From: Eubacteriales bacterium
Lineage (GTDB): Bacteria; Bacillota; Clostridia; Oscillospirales; CAG-272
Assembly (NCBI GenBank): GCA_045632405.1
Contig: JAZQWO010000018.1
Coordinates: 4,832-68,831, forward strand
Direction of reading: 5' to 3'
Length of the DNA: 64,000 bases
The notes beneath the pieces are model-generated. The model was not told where the DNA came from. It searched no databases and was given only the letters and a program-made list of their open reading frames with translations. A program made the position numbers and the translations under genes. Of this stretch, positions 43,917 through 53,970 are shown piece by piece; position 1 is the first letter of the stretch, and each line of letters opens with the position of its first letter.

Positions 43917-45305
43917 TTAAATAAACGGTGAAATTATGCCGTAAATCAAAATTACTGAAATAATTATTGGCAAAATGTATGCAAAATAAACACGCATCCA
44001 GCTCTTTATCTTTAAGCCCTCGCCTTGGTTAGCTTCGTCTTGGAAGCTTTTGAAGCCCCAACCGAATTTGTGGTTACAGAAAATAACTATAACAAGTGAG
44101 CCAAGAGGCAAGAGAATGTTGCTGACAATATAGTCCTCTAAGTCAAGCACGCCTGTGCCTGCGCCAAGAGGGGTGAAGCCTGCCCATACATTAAATCCAA
44201 GAACGCAAGGAATAGAAAGCGCAAAAATGCCGATACCGCAAATCAAGCAAGATTTCTTTTTGCCCCAGCCTGTCAATTCCTGTACACAGGACAGAATGTT
44301 CTGGAACACTGCGAAGATTGTGGAAAGTGCGGCAAATGACATAAACAGGAAGAACAAGGCACCAAAGAGCCTGCCCATTCTCATATTTATAAAAATGTTT
44401 GGAAGTGTAACGAAAATAAGGTTAGGTCCTGCGGTTTGAGAGATATCGGCGCCGTCCATATAAGTAAAGAAAGCAGGGAAAATAATCAAGCCTGAAACGA
44501 TAGCCACAAATGTGTCAAGGCAAGCGATGTTTACACTCTCACCAAGAAGTGAGCGCTCCTTGCCGATAAAGCTGCCGAAAATAGCCATAGAGCCAATGCC
44601 TAAGCTAAGAGTAAAGAAGGCTTGATTCATAGCTTCAACAACAACGGTCAAAAATCCAATTTCCTTTACCTTTTCAAGGCTTGGGAGCAAGTAGAATTTC
44701 AAGCCCTCGCTGGCTCCGTCAAGTGTGAAGGAGTTAATGGCAAGAACAATGATTAAGCCAAGGAGAGCCACCATCATAATTTTAGACACCTTTTCAATGC
44801 CTTTTTGCATATCGAAGGAGCAAACAAGGAAGCCGACAATTACAACAATAGCTACAAAAAGTATCATTGTCCATGGCTGACCCAACATATCTCCAAAAAT
44901 CTTTGCCACATCGGCAGAGGTTTCGGCACTGTTGAATTTGCCGCTAATCATATACACAAAATATTGGAGCATCCACGCGCTAACTGAGGTATAAAACATC
45001 ATGAGCACAATGTTACCAAGAAGTGCCGCATAGCCGTGGGCGCGCCACTTTTTGTCCTCAGGCTTTAGCTTATGGTACATTTTCACAGGGCTTGCCTGTG
45101 CGGCACGACCCATAGAAAACTCCATACACATAACGGGAATTCCCATTATAACCAAAAAGACAAGATACAAAATAACAAAAAGTCCGCCGCCGTTTTTAGC
45201 GGTTATGTAAGGAAATCTCCACACATTTCCAATTCCGATAGCGCAGCCTGCACTTAGCAAAATGAAGCCTAAGCGACTGCCTAATTTTTCACGTTTCTTT
45301 TCCAT
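43917..45305 (-). CDS. Neurotransmitter:sodium symporter (NSS/SNF) family transporter
   Basis: GFILLSAGCAIGIGNVWRFPY hallmark; about 11-12 TM segments. Confidence 0.85.
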   Translation of the reverse strand: MEKKREKLGSRLGFILLSAGCAIGIGNVWRFPYITAKNGGGLFVILYLVFLVIMGIPVMCMEFSMGRAAQASPVKMYHKLKPEDKKWRAHGYAALLGNIVLMMFYTSVSAWMLQYFVYMISGKFNSAETSADVAKIFGDMLGQPWTMILFVAIVVIVGFLVCSFDMQKGIEKVSKIMMVALLGLIIVLAINSFTLDGASEGLKFYLLPSLEKVKEIGFLTVVVEAMNQAFFTLSLGIGSMAIFGSFIGKERSLLGESVNIACLDTFVAIVSGLIIFPAFFTYMDGADISQTAGPNLIFVTLPNIFINMRMGRLFGALFFLFMSFAALSTIFAVFQNILSCVQELTGWGKKKSCLICGIGIFALSIPCVLGFNVWAGFTPLGAGTGVLDLEDYIVSNILLPLGSLVIVIFCNHKFGWGFKSFQDEANQGEGLKIKSWMRVYFAYILPIIISVILIYGIISPFI

Positions 45306-45328
45306 TTTAAAATTCCTTTATGCCAAGC

Positions 45329-45559
45329 TTAGTTGCTTTTCAGCCACTCTTCGGCAGATTTTTTGGACATGCGCTTGATAGTTTCCTTTGGATGGATGGA
45401 TTCCTCACCACCGTTTTCGTAAAGGAAGTACGCGCCGTCCTCAGTCACATAAAGTGTTTCCTCATAGCCGCGAGGGTCACCCCAAATGCCTGATGTCACC
45501 TTTTTTATAACCTGTGATGCTTCTGTATCATAAATTTTTTTGCAAATAATCTTTTTCAT
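45329..45559 (-). CDS. 76-aa protein, unknown function
   Basis: Start at MKKII (RBS aaagga); co-directional and adjacent to the NSS gene. Confidence 0.4.
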   Translation of the reverse strand: MKKIICKKIYDTEASQVIKKVTSGIWGDPRGYEETLYVTEDGAYFLYENGGEESIHPKETIKRMSKKSAEEWLKSN

Positions 45560-45651
45560 AATCAAAAATCCTTTCATTTGTTTTTCACAAGAATGATAAC
45601 ATAAAATGAAGTGAGTGTCAACAAGTATATTTTGGTTGATATTTCGGAATT

Positions 45652-46368
45652 TTACAGGTTTTCCACAATAAGCTCAGCTTCAATGTTTATGCGACCGTCC
45701 TCGTGCACACTGCGCATATAATATTTGCCGTCTGTTTTACCCATATAGAGCTTTAGGTAGTCGCCTTTTTTTGCCTCGTTCTGATACGAAATAGCAATTG
45801 AGCGGATCAGCTTGCCTTCAGGATTAGGCATAGCATTAAAAAGCATGTCGGGGTAGTTTGTGTTGTTCATATGGCCGTTTACATCTGTGTCTGTGTAACG
45901 GATTGTATATTCACCCACCAAGGACAATTGAAGCTCAGGGGGGATGCGGAAGCGGATTTGATTTTCAAGCACCAGGGGCTCGCCAATGCAGTAATTCAAT
46001 TCCACATCACTTGCCTTGATGAGCTTTTTATCGCGAGTGTCAACAAGCGCCCAGTTGGAATTAGCCTCGCAAACAACCTCACCGTCACGCACAATTTGGT
46101 AAGAACGCGGAAATGTGAAGCCACGGGCGGGACAACCCCAGGTGGAAACCGTGATTTTTTCACCGTATGAAAGGGGCTCGTACAAATCAACGCGAATTCC
46201 ACTTAAAATAAAAGCCTTGTTTTTGCGCAAAAGCTCGTTGTATGATGGCTTTTCGGCATTCATTTGATCGGTTGCCGCCTCTTGTAAATATTTAAATATG
46301 CGGGACACGCCAACTATTTCGTTTGCGTTTGTATCGTGATATAGAACCTTGAATTCGTCAGACCACAT
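45652..46368 (-). CDS. Acyl-ACP thioesterase
   Basis: Double hot-dog layout; YHDTNANEIV.. and YTDTDVNGHMNNTNY motifs. Confidence 0.75.
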   Translation of the reverse strand: MWSDEFKVLYHDTNANEIVGVSRIFKYLQEAATDQMNAEKPSYNELLRKNKAFILSGIRVDLYEPLSYGEKITVSTWGCPARGFTFPRSYQIVRDGEVVCEANSNWALVDTRDKKLIKASDVELNYCIGEPLVLENQIRFRIPPELQLSLVGEYTIRYTDTDVNGHMNNTNYPDMLFNAMPNPEGKLIRSIAISYQNEAKKGDYLKLYMGKTDGKYYMRSVHEDGRINIEAELIVENL

Positions 46369-46528
46369 AAAAATTCACCTCTAAAAATAGACTATCTAAA
46401 ATTATAGCATAAATTCCCAGCTTTTTCAAGTAGTTGTTAAAGTGCTAAAAAAGAGGCGTTGAATAGGGGCAAAAAGTTTTCATAAATTGTGCAAACCGCC
46501 AAAGTTAGACGGCTTTTTGATAATGTTC

Positions 46529-46557
46529 TTGCAAACTATCTTAATATATGGTAAACT
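46529..46557 (+). promoter_or_regulatory. Sigma-A type promoter
   Basis: TTGCAA, 17-nt spacer, TGgTAAACT. Confidence 0.45.
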
Positions 46558-46594
46558 TTATATGTTAAAGACTTTCTTTACAAGGAGATATGAA

Positions 46595-48052
46595 ATGAAG
46601 AAAAAGCTGATTTTGGCGCTTTCTCTCGTTTTTGTTTTCTGTTGCTTTTTCGTAATATCTGCCAATGCGCAGTGCACGGAATGTACAGACAACTGGACGG
46701 TAAATTTTGGGGAAGACAAATATCTTGGCGAAATGGTGGCCGTAAACACCTGTGCTGACTGTGGCACAGAGCTTGCAAAGGAAACTATTTCCCCAATGTT
46801 TGAAACCCTTGGCTATTCATATAACACAGTAACCTTGGACGGTATTACACAGCATTATGCCGTTAATTTGGAGTCCTTGGCTCGCTATGAGGCACTGACA
46901 GGCAAGACTGTTTTGTTTGGCGTAGTTGCTTCATCTGAGGATAGCTTGGTAAACGGTCATCCTATTGATAATAGCGGCAAGCCTGTCAGCGACCGTGTGA
47001 TTGCGGCTAATTTCAAAAACACAGGATATGAGGTTTTTGATATTAAGGTGACGGGAATTCCCGAAAAATACCGCGACTCCGCAAAAATGATTTGCTCGGC
47101 TTATGTTATTGTGGACGGAGCGATTTCATACATAGATAACGGCAAAACAAAGGACACACCAAGCGCTAACACCTTTGATGAGGTTAAGGAGATTGTTGAC
47201 AATCCTGTTCCTGACTGGGCAAAGGACGGCTCACTCAAGATTTTGACCATCGGTAACAGCTTCTCCGACGATGCTATGGAATATGTGTACAGTATTGCAA
47301 AGGCGGCAGGTATTCAAAACGTGGAGCTTGGCAACATCAGAAGAGACAGCTGCTCACTTGAAATGCATATCAATGCAATCAAGAATGACGATAAAACAGG
47401 TTATATATTCAGACACTGGGTAAACGGTGCAAGCGCTTGGGACCATGTCTGGGGTGTGAACAACGCACAGTGTGCCGCATCCCCTAAGGATGTGCTTGAA
47501 ATGGGCATTGCGTGGGACTTTGTTGTAATACAGCAGGTAAGCTCCTCGTTGGATTACAGCGCGGCACAGGAGCTTTTGAACCTTGTTAAGCCATATTGTC
47601 CCAATGCAACATTTGCTTGGCATATGACTTGGGCTAAAAAGACCGACAGCGTCACTGTATATAACAACATTGTAAACGCTGTTAAGACACAGATTTTGCC
47701 AATCAAGGATATTGATATCATTATTCCAACTGGCGCGGCAATCCAGAACGCAAAGGCATCATCCCTTTCCAACGATTTGCTTTACAGACCTGACGGAAAG
47801 CATTTGTCCTACGGCATGGGAAGATACATTGCAAGTATGACACTTTTCAAGACCTTGACAGGACTTTCAATTGATGATATGAAGCCACCTGTGTGTGATA
47901 CAGAGGGTCACTCCGCAACATCAGGTAGCACCTATCATAGCCCACCATTCGTTATTACAGAAAGCATGAACGAATTGTGTATAGCGGCTGCAAACAGCGC
48001 GGTTGCAAATCCGCCTGTGCAGGTAGCAGCTGTCAGTGGCAAGGAAGAATAA
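46595..48052 (+). CDS. Secreted protein: N-terminal Cys-motif module plus a DUF4886 (SGNH-like) domain
   Basis: Start at the ATG at 46595 (RBS aaggag); signal peptide; CTEC..CADCG..LGYS..YEALTGKTVLFGVVASS; LKILTIGNSFSDDAMEYV. Confidence 0.65.
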   Translation: MKKKLILALSLVFVFCCFFVISANAQCTECTDNWTVNFGEDKYLGEMVAVNTCADCGTELAKETISPMFETLGYSYNTVTLDGITQHYAVNLESLARYEALTGKTVLFGVVASSEDSLVNGHPIDNSGKPVSDRVIAANFKNTGYEVFDIKVTGIPEKYRDSAKMICSAYVIVDGAISYIDNGKTKDTPSANTFDEVKEIVDNPVPDWAKDGSLKILTIGNSFSDDAMEYVYSIAKAAGIQNVELGNIRRDSCSLEMHINAIKNDDKTGYIFRHWVNGASAWDHVWGVNNAQCAASPKDVLEMGIAWDFVVIQQVSSSLDYSAAQELLNLVKPYCPNATFAWHMTWAKKTDSVTVYNNIVNAVKTQILPIKDIDIIIPTGAAIQNAKASSLSNDLLYRPDGKHLSYGMGRYIASMTLFKTLTGLSIDDMKPPVCDTEGHSATSGSTYHSPPFVITESMNELCIAAANSAVANPPVQVAAVSGKEE

Positions 48053-48067
48053 AAGGAGGTAATTATA

Positions 48068-48238
48068 ATGAAGAAATATGTTAAGCCAACATATTTGGCA
48101 GAAGGCATAGAAGCAAATGACGTTATCTTGACCTCTCCCACGATTATCAATGAGGGCCAGGCAACGGTTGGACAGGTCACAGGTACTAAGGGTACTGTTG
48201 AGGCTTTGTTTGATATGATGTTTAAGTTTTCAGAATAA
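48068..48238 (+). CDS. 56-aa peptide, not in the ORF track
   Basis: MKKYVKPTYLAEGIEANDVILTSPTIINEGQATVGQVTGTKGTVEALFDMMFKFSE. Strong RBS aaggagg plus 8 nt; terminator 5 nt after the stop. Confidence 0.5.
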   Translation: MKKYVKPTYLAEGIEANDVILTSPTIINEGQATVGQVTGTKGTVEALFDMMFKFSE

Positions 48239-48245
48239 AAATAAA

Positions 48246-48277
48246 GTGGACTTGGTTTTCTCCAAGTCCACTTTTTT
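48246..48277 (+). terminator. Intrinsic terminator
   Basis: gtggacttgg ttttct ccaagtccac then TTTTTT. Confidence 0.75.
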
Positions 48278-48319
48278 AAAAAAATTCGATTCATTCAACA
48301 AACAATTTCTGTAAAGGGC

Positions 48320-48745
48320 TTAGGTTGTCAGCGGTGTGGTAACGGTGGCAACAAGGGTGTCGGGCACAGGCACAGTTTTGGGTGCAGGCTCTTCCTTGTA
48401 AGCGCCTAAGCCGAAGGAAATGGTAATTGCTTCGTTGACCTCGCCCATTACCTTATCATCAAGGTGACCCATTTTTTCCTTTAGTCTTGTTTTATCAATA
48501 GTTCTTATCTGCTCTAAGAGAATAACAGAGTCCTTGGCAAGTCCCACCTGGCTTGCAAAAACGTCAATATGGGTAGGGAGCTTGGCTTTGGACATTCTGC
48601 TTGTTATTGCCGCCGCAATTACTGTGGGGCTATATTTATTTCCAACGTCATTTTGTACTATCAAAACCGGGCGCAGACCCCCTTGCTCAGAGCCTACAAC
48701 CGGACTTAAATCTGCATAATATATATCTCCGCGTTTAATGTTCAA
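48320..48745 (-). CDS. mazF: MazF/EndoA (PemK-family) endoribonuclease toxin with a ~25-aa C-terminal extension
   Basis: [48 protein letters not shown]...[14 protein letters not shown] is nearly colinear with B. subtilis EndoA as I recall it. Start set at the TTG at 48745 (RBS aggag plus 10 nt). Confidence 0.85.
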   Translation of the reverse strand: MNIKRGDIYYADLSPVVGSEQGGLRPVLIVQNDVGNKYSPTVIAAAITSRMSKAKLPTHIDVFASQVGLAKDSVILLEQIRTIDKTRLKEKMGHLDDKVMGEVNEAITISFGLGAYKEEPAPKTVPVPDTLVATVTTPLTT

Positions 48746-48827
48746 GGCTTTATCACTCCTAAATCTTATTGCTGTTTGTATTATTGACAGATTTTTGGTG
48801 TTTAAACGTCCTATTAACATTTTATGC

Positions 48828-48877
48828 AAAAGAGACTCCCTCGGCTTGCATTTAGCCAGCCGAGGGAGTCTCTTTTT
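48828..48877. terminator. Long bidirectional hairpin terminator
   Basis: aaaagagactccctcggct ... agccgagggagtctctttttt. Confidence 0.75.
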
Positions 48878-49605
48878 TATTCATTTGAATGGGTAGGTGG
48901 TGGGTTTTCGATTTTAGTTAAGCTTCCGATAATTTCCTTTACATCATCCACACTCAAAACATCGTCACAGGACATAGTGAACAAATAGTTATGCTCAGCC
49001 CACACGGCTGTATATACGCCGAATTTGTGCGATAAGATAACCTCGCGGCTTCCTATGTAAATAATCTGATGCTCGCTCTCACTGTCTAAGGAAAGGGTGC
49101 TTTCAATTATAGCCTGTGTAAAGTCAATAATCACATCTCCGTTTGTCCACACTGTGTAAACCGATAGCGGACCTTTGATTTTATCAATTTCCAAATATCC
49201 GTTTTTCTCGATATATTCGGGGGCAAATTCGGTTTCTATGGATGTGGGGTATATAACCTCGTCCTTTTCCTTGTTGGTGGGGGATGTACCTGTGCTATTG
49301 TCAATAATGGTGACTTCAACTCTATCCTCAAAAATTTCCACAAAAAAGCTGAAAATCGCGTTTCTTGTGCCAGCAAAGGCGGTGAAGATAATTGACAGGC
49401 TCACAAGAATGGCGGCAACAAAAAATACGGCTATTTTTTTGGTGAAGAGCTTCTTTTTCGTCTTTTGCTTTGGTTTTTCAATTCTTTGCTTGAACCGGTC
49501 GGTAACGGTCACTTGCGAATAGTCCAAGGCTTCAATTTCGTCAATTTCGGAAAGGGTGCTTTTTTCCAAAGCGTCACTGAGTGCTGATTTATCTAACTTG
49601 CTCAT
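48877..49605 (-). CDS. Anti-sigma-factor-like membrane protein (DUF4367-like C-terminus)
   Basis: ATGA overlap with the sigma gene; single TM ([21 protein letters not shown]); extracytoplasmic beta-rich domain. Confidence 0.55.
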   Translation of the reverse strand: MSKLDKSALSDALEKSTLSEIDEIEALDYSQVTVTDRFKQRIEKPKQKTKKKLFTKKIAVFFVAAILVSLSIIFTAFAGTRNAIFSFFVEIFEDRVEVTIIDNSTGTSPTNKEKDEVIYPTSIETEFAPEYIEKNGYLEIDKIKGPLSVYTVWTNGDVIIDFTQAIIESTLSLDSESEHQIIYIGSREVILSHKFGVYTAVWAEHNYLFTMSCDDVLSVDDVKEIIGSLTKIENPPPTHSNE

Positions 49606-50141
49606 ATTTCTATATCACCAAACCTTTCCTTGAGAATTGCTTTTCCGCGCATAAACCGTGTTTGCACAGTCTTGGGCGGAGCGTTTAATGCTTTTGCTAT
49701 TTCCTTTAAGGACATACCGAATTTTATGTAAAGGGTCAATACATCCTTGTAAATTACATTCATATTATTAATAAAGCAGAATAGAGATTCGTAGTCTTGA
49801 AGCTTTTCTACATCTTCCTCGGGGGTTTGCTTGGACGGAATGTTAAAAAGAGTGTCAAAGGACACGGTATTGTGCTTTGCCTTTGATTTTTTCAGGTTAA
49901 ATGCACTGTTTCTTATGCATATAAAAAGATAAGATTTTGTGTCATTTTCCTTATCCATAGGGATTTGAGAGCTTGTGCCTGCAAGACTTACAAATACATT
50001 GGCTACCGCATCCTCTGCATCCTCTTGGTTTTGCAGGTAGTGATATGCGATTTTCAGCATCCAGTCAAGATATTTTTTGTAAATCTCGGCGAGCTTATCC
50101 CTTTCCTCGCCTTCACCTAAGGCAAAATTAAATAATAGCAT
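49602..50141 (-). CDS. Sigma-70 family (ECF-like) RNA polymerase sigma factor
   Basis: Region 2 (..DAEDAVANVFV..) and region 4 HTH (MSLKEIAKALNAPPKTVQTRFMRGK). Confidence 0.75.
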   Translation of the reverse strand: MLLFNFALGEGEERDKLAEIYKKYLDWMLKIAYHYLQNQEDAEDAVANVFVSLAGTSSQIPMDKENDTKSYLFICIRNSAFNLKKSKAKHNTVSFDTLFNIPSKQTPEEDVEKLQDYESLFCFINNMNVIYKDVLTLYIKFGMSLKEIAKALNAPPKTVQTRFMRGKAILKERFGDIEI

Positions 50142-50344
50142 CTTTCCGTCCTTTTTCTGCTTTTTTTATCAGTATAACACAGTAAATTTGCTCTGTCAAT
50201 GCGTAGGCGCGAATATAAAATATATGTAAATTTTTGAAAAAATTGAAGGAAAAACGAGGAAAAAATACTATTAAACAGTAGAAGGCGAAAACAGTTGCTT
50301 TTAATTTGAATTTGTGGTAACCTAAAATAAAGGAGGGCTATGGT

Positions 50345-52102
50345 ATGAAAAAGTGTTTATTTAGAATTTTAACATTTATTTTGTGCTTGTGGCTCTGCCT
50401 TTCTGCCGTTTCCTGCGGAGGAGAAAACCCCATGCCGAATGGCAGCGATGTTGAGAGCAGCTCAAGGCGAGAGGACAATGACGGAATAGATAATGCGCCG
50501 CAAGAAACAGGAACGCTTGACTATGCTTTAAGTAATAACGGTGAATATTATACTGTTATCGGCTATGGCACATGCACTCAAGCAGAGCTGACAATACCGA
50601 AAACATATGAAAACAAGCCCGTTTATGCCATTGATAAAGAGGCATTTTTGAATTGTACATTTATAAAAAGCGTGGTTATACCAGAGGGTGTCACATTTAT
50701 AGGTGAAAAAGCCTTTAAGGGATGCACAAGCTTGGAAATGGTGCAAATGCCTGACGTAGTGTGCGAAATTGGAAATAATGCCTTTGAAAAATGCTCATCC
50801 CTGACCCGTATCAAGCTACCCGAGGGCTTGACGGAGCTTGGGTACGGTGCGTTTATGGGCTGCACCAATTTGGTTCAGGTGGAAATCCCATCTAAGTTGG
50901 CGGTTATCAGACATAATGTGTTCAGTAAATGCTACAAGCTGGCGCGTGTTGTAATAGGCACAGGGGTTTCGGAAATACAGGAATATGCCTTTCACAACTG
51001 TTACAGTCTTTTAGAGGTTGAAAATCATTCCGAGTATATAACCGTTACCGCCGACGAGAGTAATGGCGAGGTGGGTCTTTATGCCCTGAACATCGGCAAC
51101 TGTGACGACGACTTTGAGAGCAAGCTGACCTTTGCAAGTGAGGGCTATGCCGTTTTTGAAAACGGATACCAATATATTTTACTTTCCTATGTGGGCAACA
51201 GTAAAGTTTTAACTGTAAAGGATGTTGAAAGAGTACACGACTATGCCTTTTTTGGTGCGAAGGATTTGTGCATGCTCAAGGTTACAACCGTTAGCCAAAT
51301 AGGCAGGGCTGCCTTTTATGACTGTATGAACCTGATGGTGCTGAACCTGGGCGGGGGAGACTTGACTGTCGATAGCGAAGCCTTTTATAATTGTGAGAAA
51401 TTAGTCGAGGTTATACATAGCGGAAACGATACTTACAGAAAGATAGTCGGAGGCTCCGGCTTTTTGAAGGTGCTTAATGACGACTCTCCTTTATCACACA
51501 GGCTAAGACTTGAGGAAGGCGGCTTTATTGTATTTGATGATGTAAGAAGCGGAAGCACCATCAGTCGCGGAAAGGTGCTTCTTGGCTACGTGGGAGATTG
51601 CGCAGATGTTGTAATTCCCAAGGATGTGGATTATATACACGATTATGCATTTTACAATGACGAAAAAATAAAAAGTCTTACAATAGGGAGCGAAGTAGCT
51701 TATGTAGGCGACTACGCATTTGACGGATGTGTCAATCTTGCAAGGGTGGAAATCGAGACCCATAAAAAGCTCGGCAATTATTTCTATCCCATAGAGCCAA
51801 ATCCCGGTGAGCGACCTCAAGAGCTTTACGGACTTTACTGTATTGGAAGCTATTCCTTTGCAAATTGCACGTCTTTAAAGGAAATTTTGATACCCGAAAC
51901 TGTTGAGATAATACGAAAGGGCGCATTTTATAAATGTAATGGCTTAGATATTTTTTGCAAGATATCAAAAAGTAACAGTAAATACGACTCAAGCATTTAT
52001 TCCTACTGTGACGTATGTTGGTACAGCTCGTCAAAGCCAAATGATGAGTACAATTATTATTGGCATTACGACGAAAACGGAAAAATTGTTATTTGGGAAT
52101 GA
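50345..52102 (+). CDS. LRR (BspA-like) lipoprotein
   Basis: Lipobox LSAVSCG; many LRR units (..IPEGVT.IG..AF..C.SL..). Confidence 0.7.
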   Translation: MKKCLFRILTFILCLWLCLSAVSCGGENPMPNGSDVESSSRREDNDGIDNAPQETGTLDYALSNNGEYYTVIGYGTCTQAELTIPKTYENKPVYAIDKEAFLNCTFIKSVVIPEGVTFIGEKAFKGCTSLEMVQMPDVVCEIGNNAFEKCSSLTRIKLPEGLTELGYGAFMGCTNLVQVEIPSKLAVIRHNVFSKCYKLARVVIGTGVSEIQEYAFHNCYSLLEVENHSEYITVTADESNGEVGLYALNIGNCDDDFESKLTFASEGYAVFENGYQYILLSYVGNSKVLTVKDVERVHDYAFFGAKDLCMLKVTTVSQIGRAAFYDCMNLMVLNLGGGDLTVDSEAFYNCEKLVEVIHSGNDTYRKIVGGSGFLKVLNDDSPLSHRLRLEEGGFIVFDDVRSGSTISRGKVLLGYVGDCADVVIPKDVDYIHDYAFYNDEKIKSLTIGSEVAYVGDYAFDGCVNLARVEIETHKKLGNYFYPIEPNPGERPQELYGLYCIGSYSFANCTSLKEILIPETVEIIRKGAFYKCNGLDIFCKISKSNSKYDSSIYSYCDVCWYSSSKPNDEYNYYWHYDENGKIVIWE

Positions 52103-52119
52103 AGGGTTAAAGATTTAAA

Positions 52120-52584
52120 ATGAAGCTGATAAATGTTAAGCCGAGCTTAAGAGTGAAGGCATTTTTTTGGGATATGGTTATGCTCATACCGTTTTTTGTG
52201 CTTGGACTGATTGTCTTTTTTGTATGCTCTCACCTTTTCTCTAGGGAAACAGCCGATAAAATTGTAGAAAGCGGAATTCTGGAGCGATTATTTATTTTTA
52301 CATATCTTTTAATTTTTGAGCTGTTTACAAAAAATGGCAGTGTGGGCAAAAAAATAATGAAAATCAAGGTCGTGAATTTGGAAAACGATAGCCGACCTTC
52401 ATTTGGTAGAATGCTTTTGAGAGGAGTTGGAAATTTGCTGTCATTCGTTGATTTGCTTTTTTGCTATAAGAGATTAGACAGGCGATCACTGGGAGATTTG
52501 ATTTCTAAAACAAGAGTGGTCTATGCCACAGATGAGCAGCAAATTAAATTCGAAGGCAGAAGAGAAGATGATGATTTAATATAA
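52120..52584 (+). CDS. RDD family membrane protein
   Basis: The R..A...D pattern is degenerate, but the topology and the C-terminal RRSLGDLISKTRVV are typical of RDD. Confidence 0.55.
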   Translation: MKLINVKPSLRVKAFFWDMVMLIPFFVLGLIVFFVCSHLFSRETADKIVESGILERLFIFTYLLIFELFTKNGSVGKKIMKIKVVNLENDSRPSFGRMLLRGVGNLLSFVDLLFCYKRLDRRSLGDLISKTRVVYATDEQQIKFEGRREDDDLI

Positions 52585-52623
52585 ACAATAAAACCCATTG
52601 TCGAAAAGCCAATGGGTTTTATG

Positions 52624-53253
52624 TTATTGAGCATTAAGTGCTTCACGCTCGTCGCTCGATAGCTCATAGGGGATGCAGGTGTCGTCCTTACGGTGAACCA
52701 CAAGGGTGGATTTTTCGCCAACATTGATGTCAATTCCGTCTAAAATCATTTTGACGGAGAGGGAGTCGGTAGAAAAGTCAACGCCTGTGAATTCTAATTT
52801 GAAATAGTGATAGTTGTATTTTGCTTCCTCGCTGAGAACGGTGGGTGTATAGATTTTGCCATTTGCGTCGGTCAATTCATATCGGATGTTTTCCTCTTTT
52901 AATTCGGGGTATGTCACCTTTACCTCGTCAATGTGTCTTTGATTATAGCGCACGGTGAACTGCAAATAACCCGCTTTTTCAATATAAACAAGGGAGTAGG
53001 CATAAACGGCGCCGTTTTCCGAAAACTCGTCATTTATGGCGTGTTTGCTGATGTCCGTTGATATTTTGTAAGCATCCTTAAAGCCTTGGCTTATATGTGT
53101 GTCCTCTAAGGCGCGGTGTGATGCTTGACACATTCTGAAAACAAGAGCGGCTATAAAAACGCAAAGAGCGATTGTAAAAACAATCTTGATAATCACGCCT
53201 AATTTTCGTAAAGCCGTGCCCTTTTCCTCGTCTTGTACTACATTTTCGTCCAT
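52624..53253 (-). CDS. Membrane-anchored protein, unknown function
   Basis: Single N-terminal TM (IVFTIALCVFIAALVF), then a beta-rich domain. Confidence 0.45.
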   Translation of the reverse strand: MDENVVQDEEKGTALRKLGVIIKIVFTIALCVFIAALVFRMCQASHRALEDTHISQGFKDAYKISTDISKHAINDEFSENGAVYAYSLVYIEKAGYLQFTVRYNQRHIDEVKVTYPELKEENIRYELTDANGKIYTPTVLSEEAKYNYHYFKLEFTGVDFSTDSLSVKMILDGIDINVGEKSTLVVHRKDDTCIPYELSSDEREALNAQ

Positions 53254-53330
53254 AAAAAACTCCTTTTTGTGCGTCGCTTGTAATATTTTATCATATAATT
53301 ATTAATCATTCAAGAATTTTGAAAAAATAC

Positions 53331-53359
53331 TTGACAAAATAATATTTTTTGTATATAAT
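53331..53359 (+). promoter_or_regulatory. Consensus sigma-A promoter for yceD-rpmF
   Basis: TTGACA, 17-nt spacer, TATAAT. Confidence 0.6.
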
Positions 53360-53395
53360 AGTTATCTGTAAAATACTGCGATAGGAGAGGTACGA

Positions 53396-53920
53396 ATGGT
53401 TTTAGATTTATCATCACTTTTAAGTGGTAAAAGCTCAAGGCTTGACTTTGAGTATGAAATTACCCAAGAGGATGAGGAAAATGCTGTTCTCCCCCCGGAT
53501 GACGTTTCTTTTACAGCGCCTGTACGTGTGAAGGGCTACATAACCGACAATGCCGGCTATATGTCACTTTGCGCCACTGCGGAAATTGACTATAAGTCAC
53601 GCTGTGCAAGATGTCTTGAGGATATTTTTGGCACATTTATCCTTGAATTCAATCGCACTGTTGCAACCTCAGGCACTCTGCAAGACGAGGCAAATGACGA
53701 GTACGTTATTGTCAAAAACGGTAAATTGGACATCGACCGTGAATTGGTAGAGGATTTGATGCTTGAGTTTCCAGCCAAGCTCCTGTGTAAAGAGGAATGC
53801 GCAGGAATTTGTCCAAAATGCGGCAAAAGCCTTAATTTTGGTGAGTGTGGTTGCCCGAAGAAAAAAGAAATTGATCCGCGACTCGCAATTTTGCAAAAAC
53901 TACTTGAAAATGACGAATAA
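53396..53920 (+). CDS. YceD/DUF177 family protein
   Basis: Conserved position upstream of rpmF; CKEECAGICPKCG..CGC motif. Confidence 0.8.
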   Translation: MVLDLSSLLSGKSSRLDFEYEITQEDEENAVLPPDDVSFTAPVRVKGYITDNAGYMSLCATAEIDYKSRCARCLEDIFGTFILEFNRTVATSGTLQDEANDEYVIVKNGKLDIDRELVEDLMLEFPAKLLCKEECAGICPKCGKSLNFGECGCPKKKEIDPRLAILQKLLENDE

Positions 53921-53970
53921 TTGTAGTATAATACTTTAGAAATATTGTTTAACATAGGAGGTTAATCAAC

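Noticed and set aside
48746-48876. A hidden mazE antitoxin or an N-terminally extended MazF starting at the ATG at 48829 or 48820
   Set aside because: The only ORFs are a 9-codon peptide and the in-frame RBS-less extension. The TTG at 48745 has an AGGAG RBS and reproduces the EndoA N-terminus (M-x-x-KRGD).
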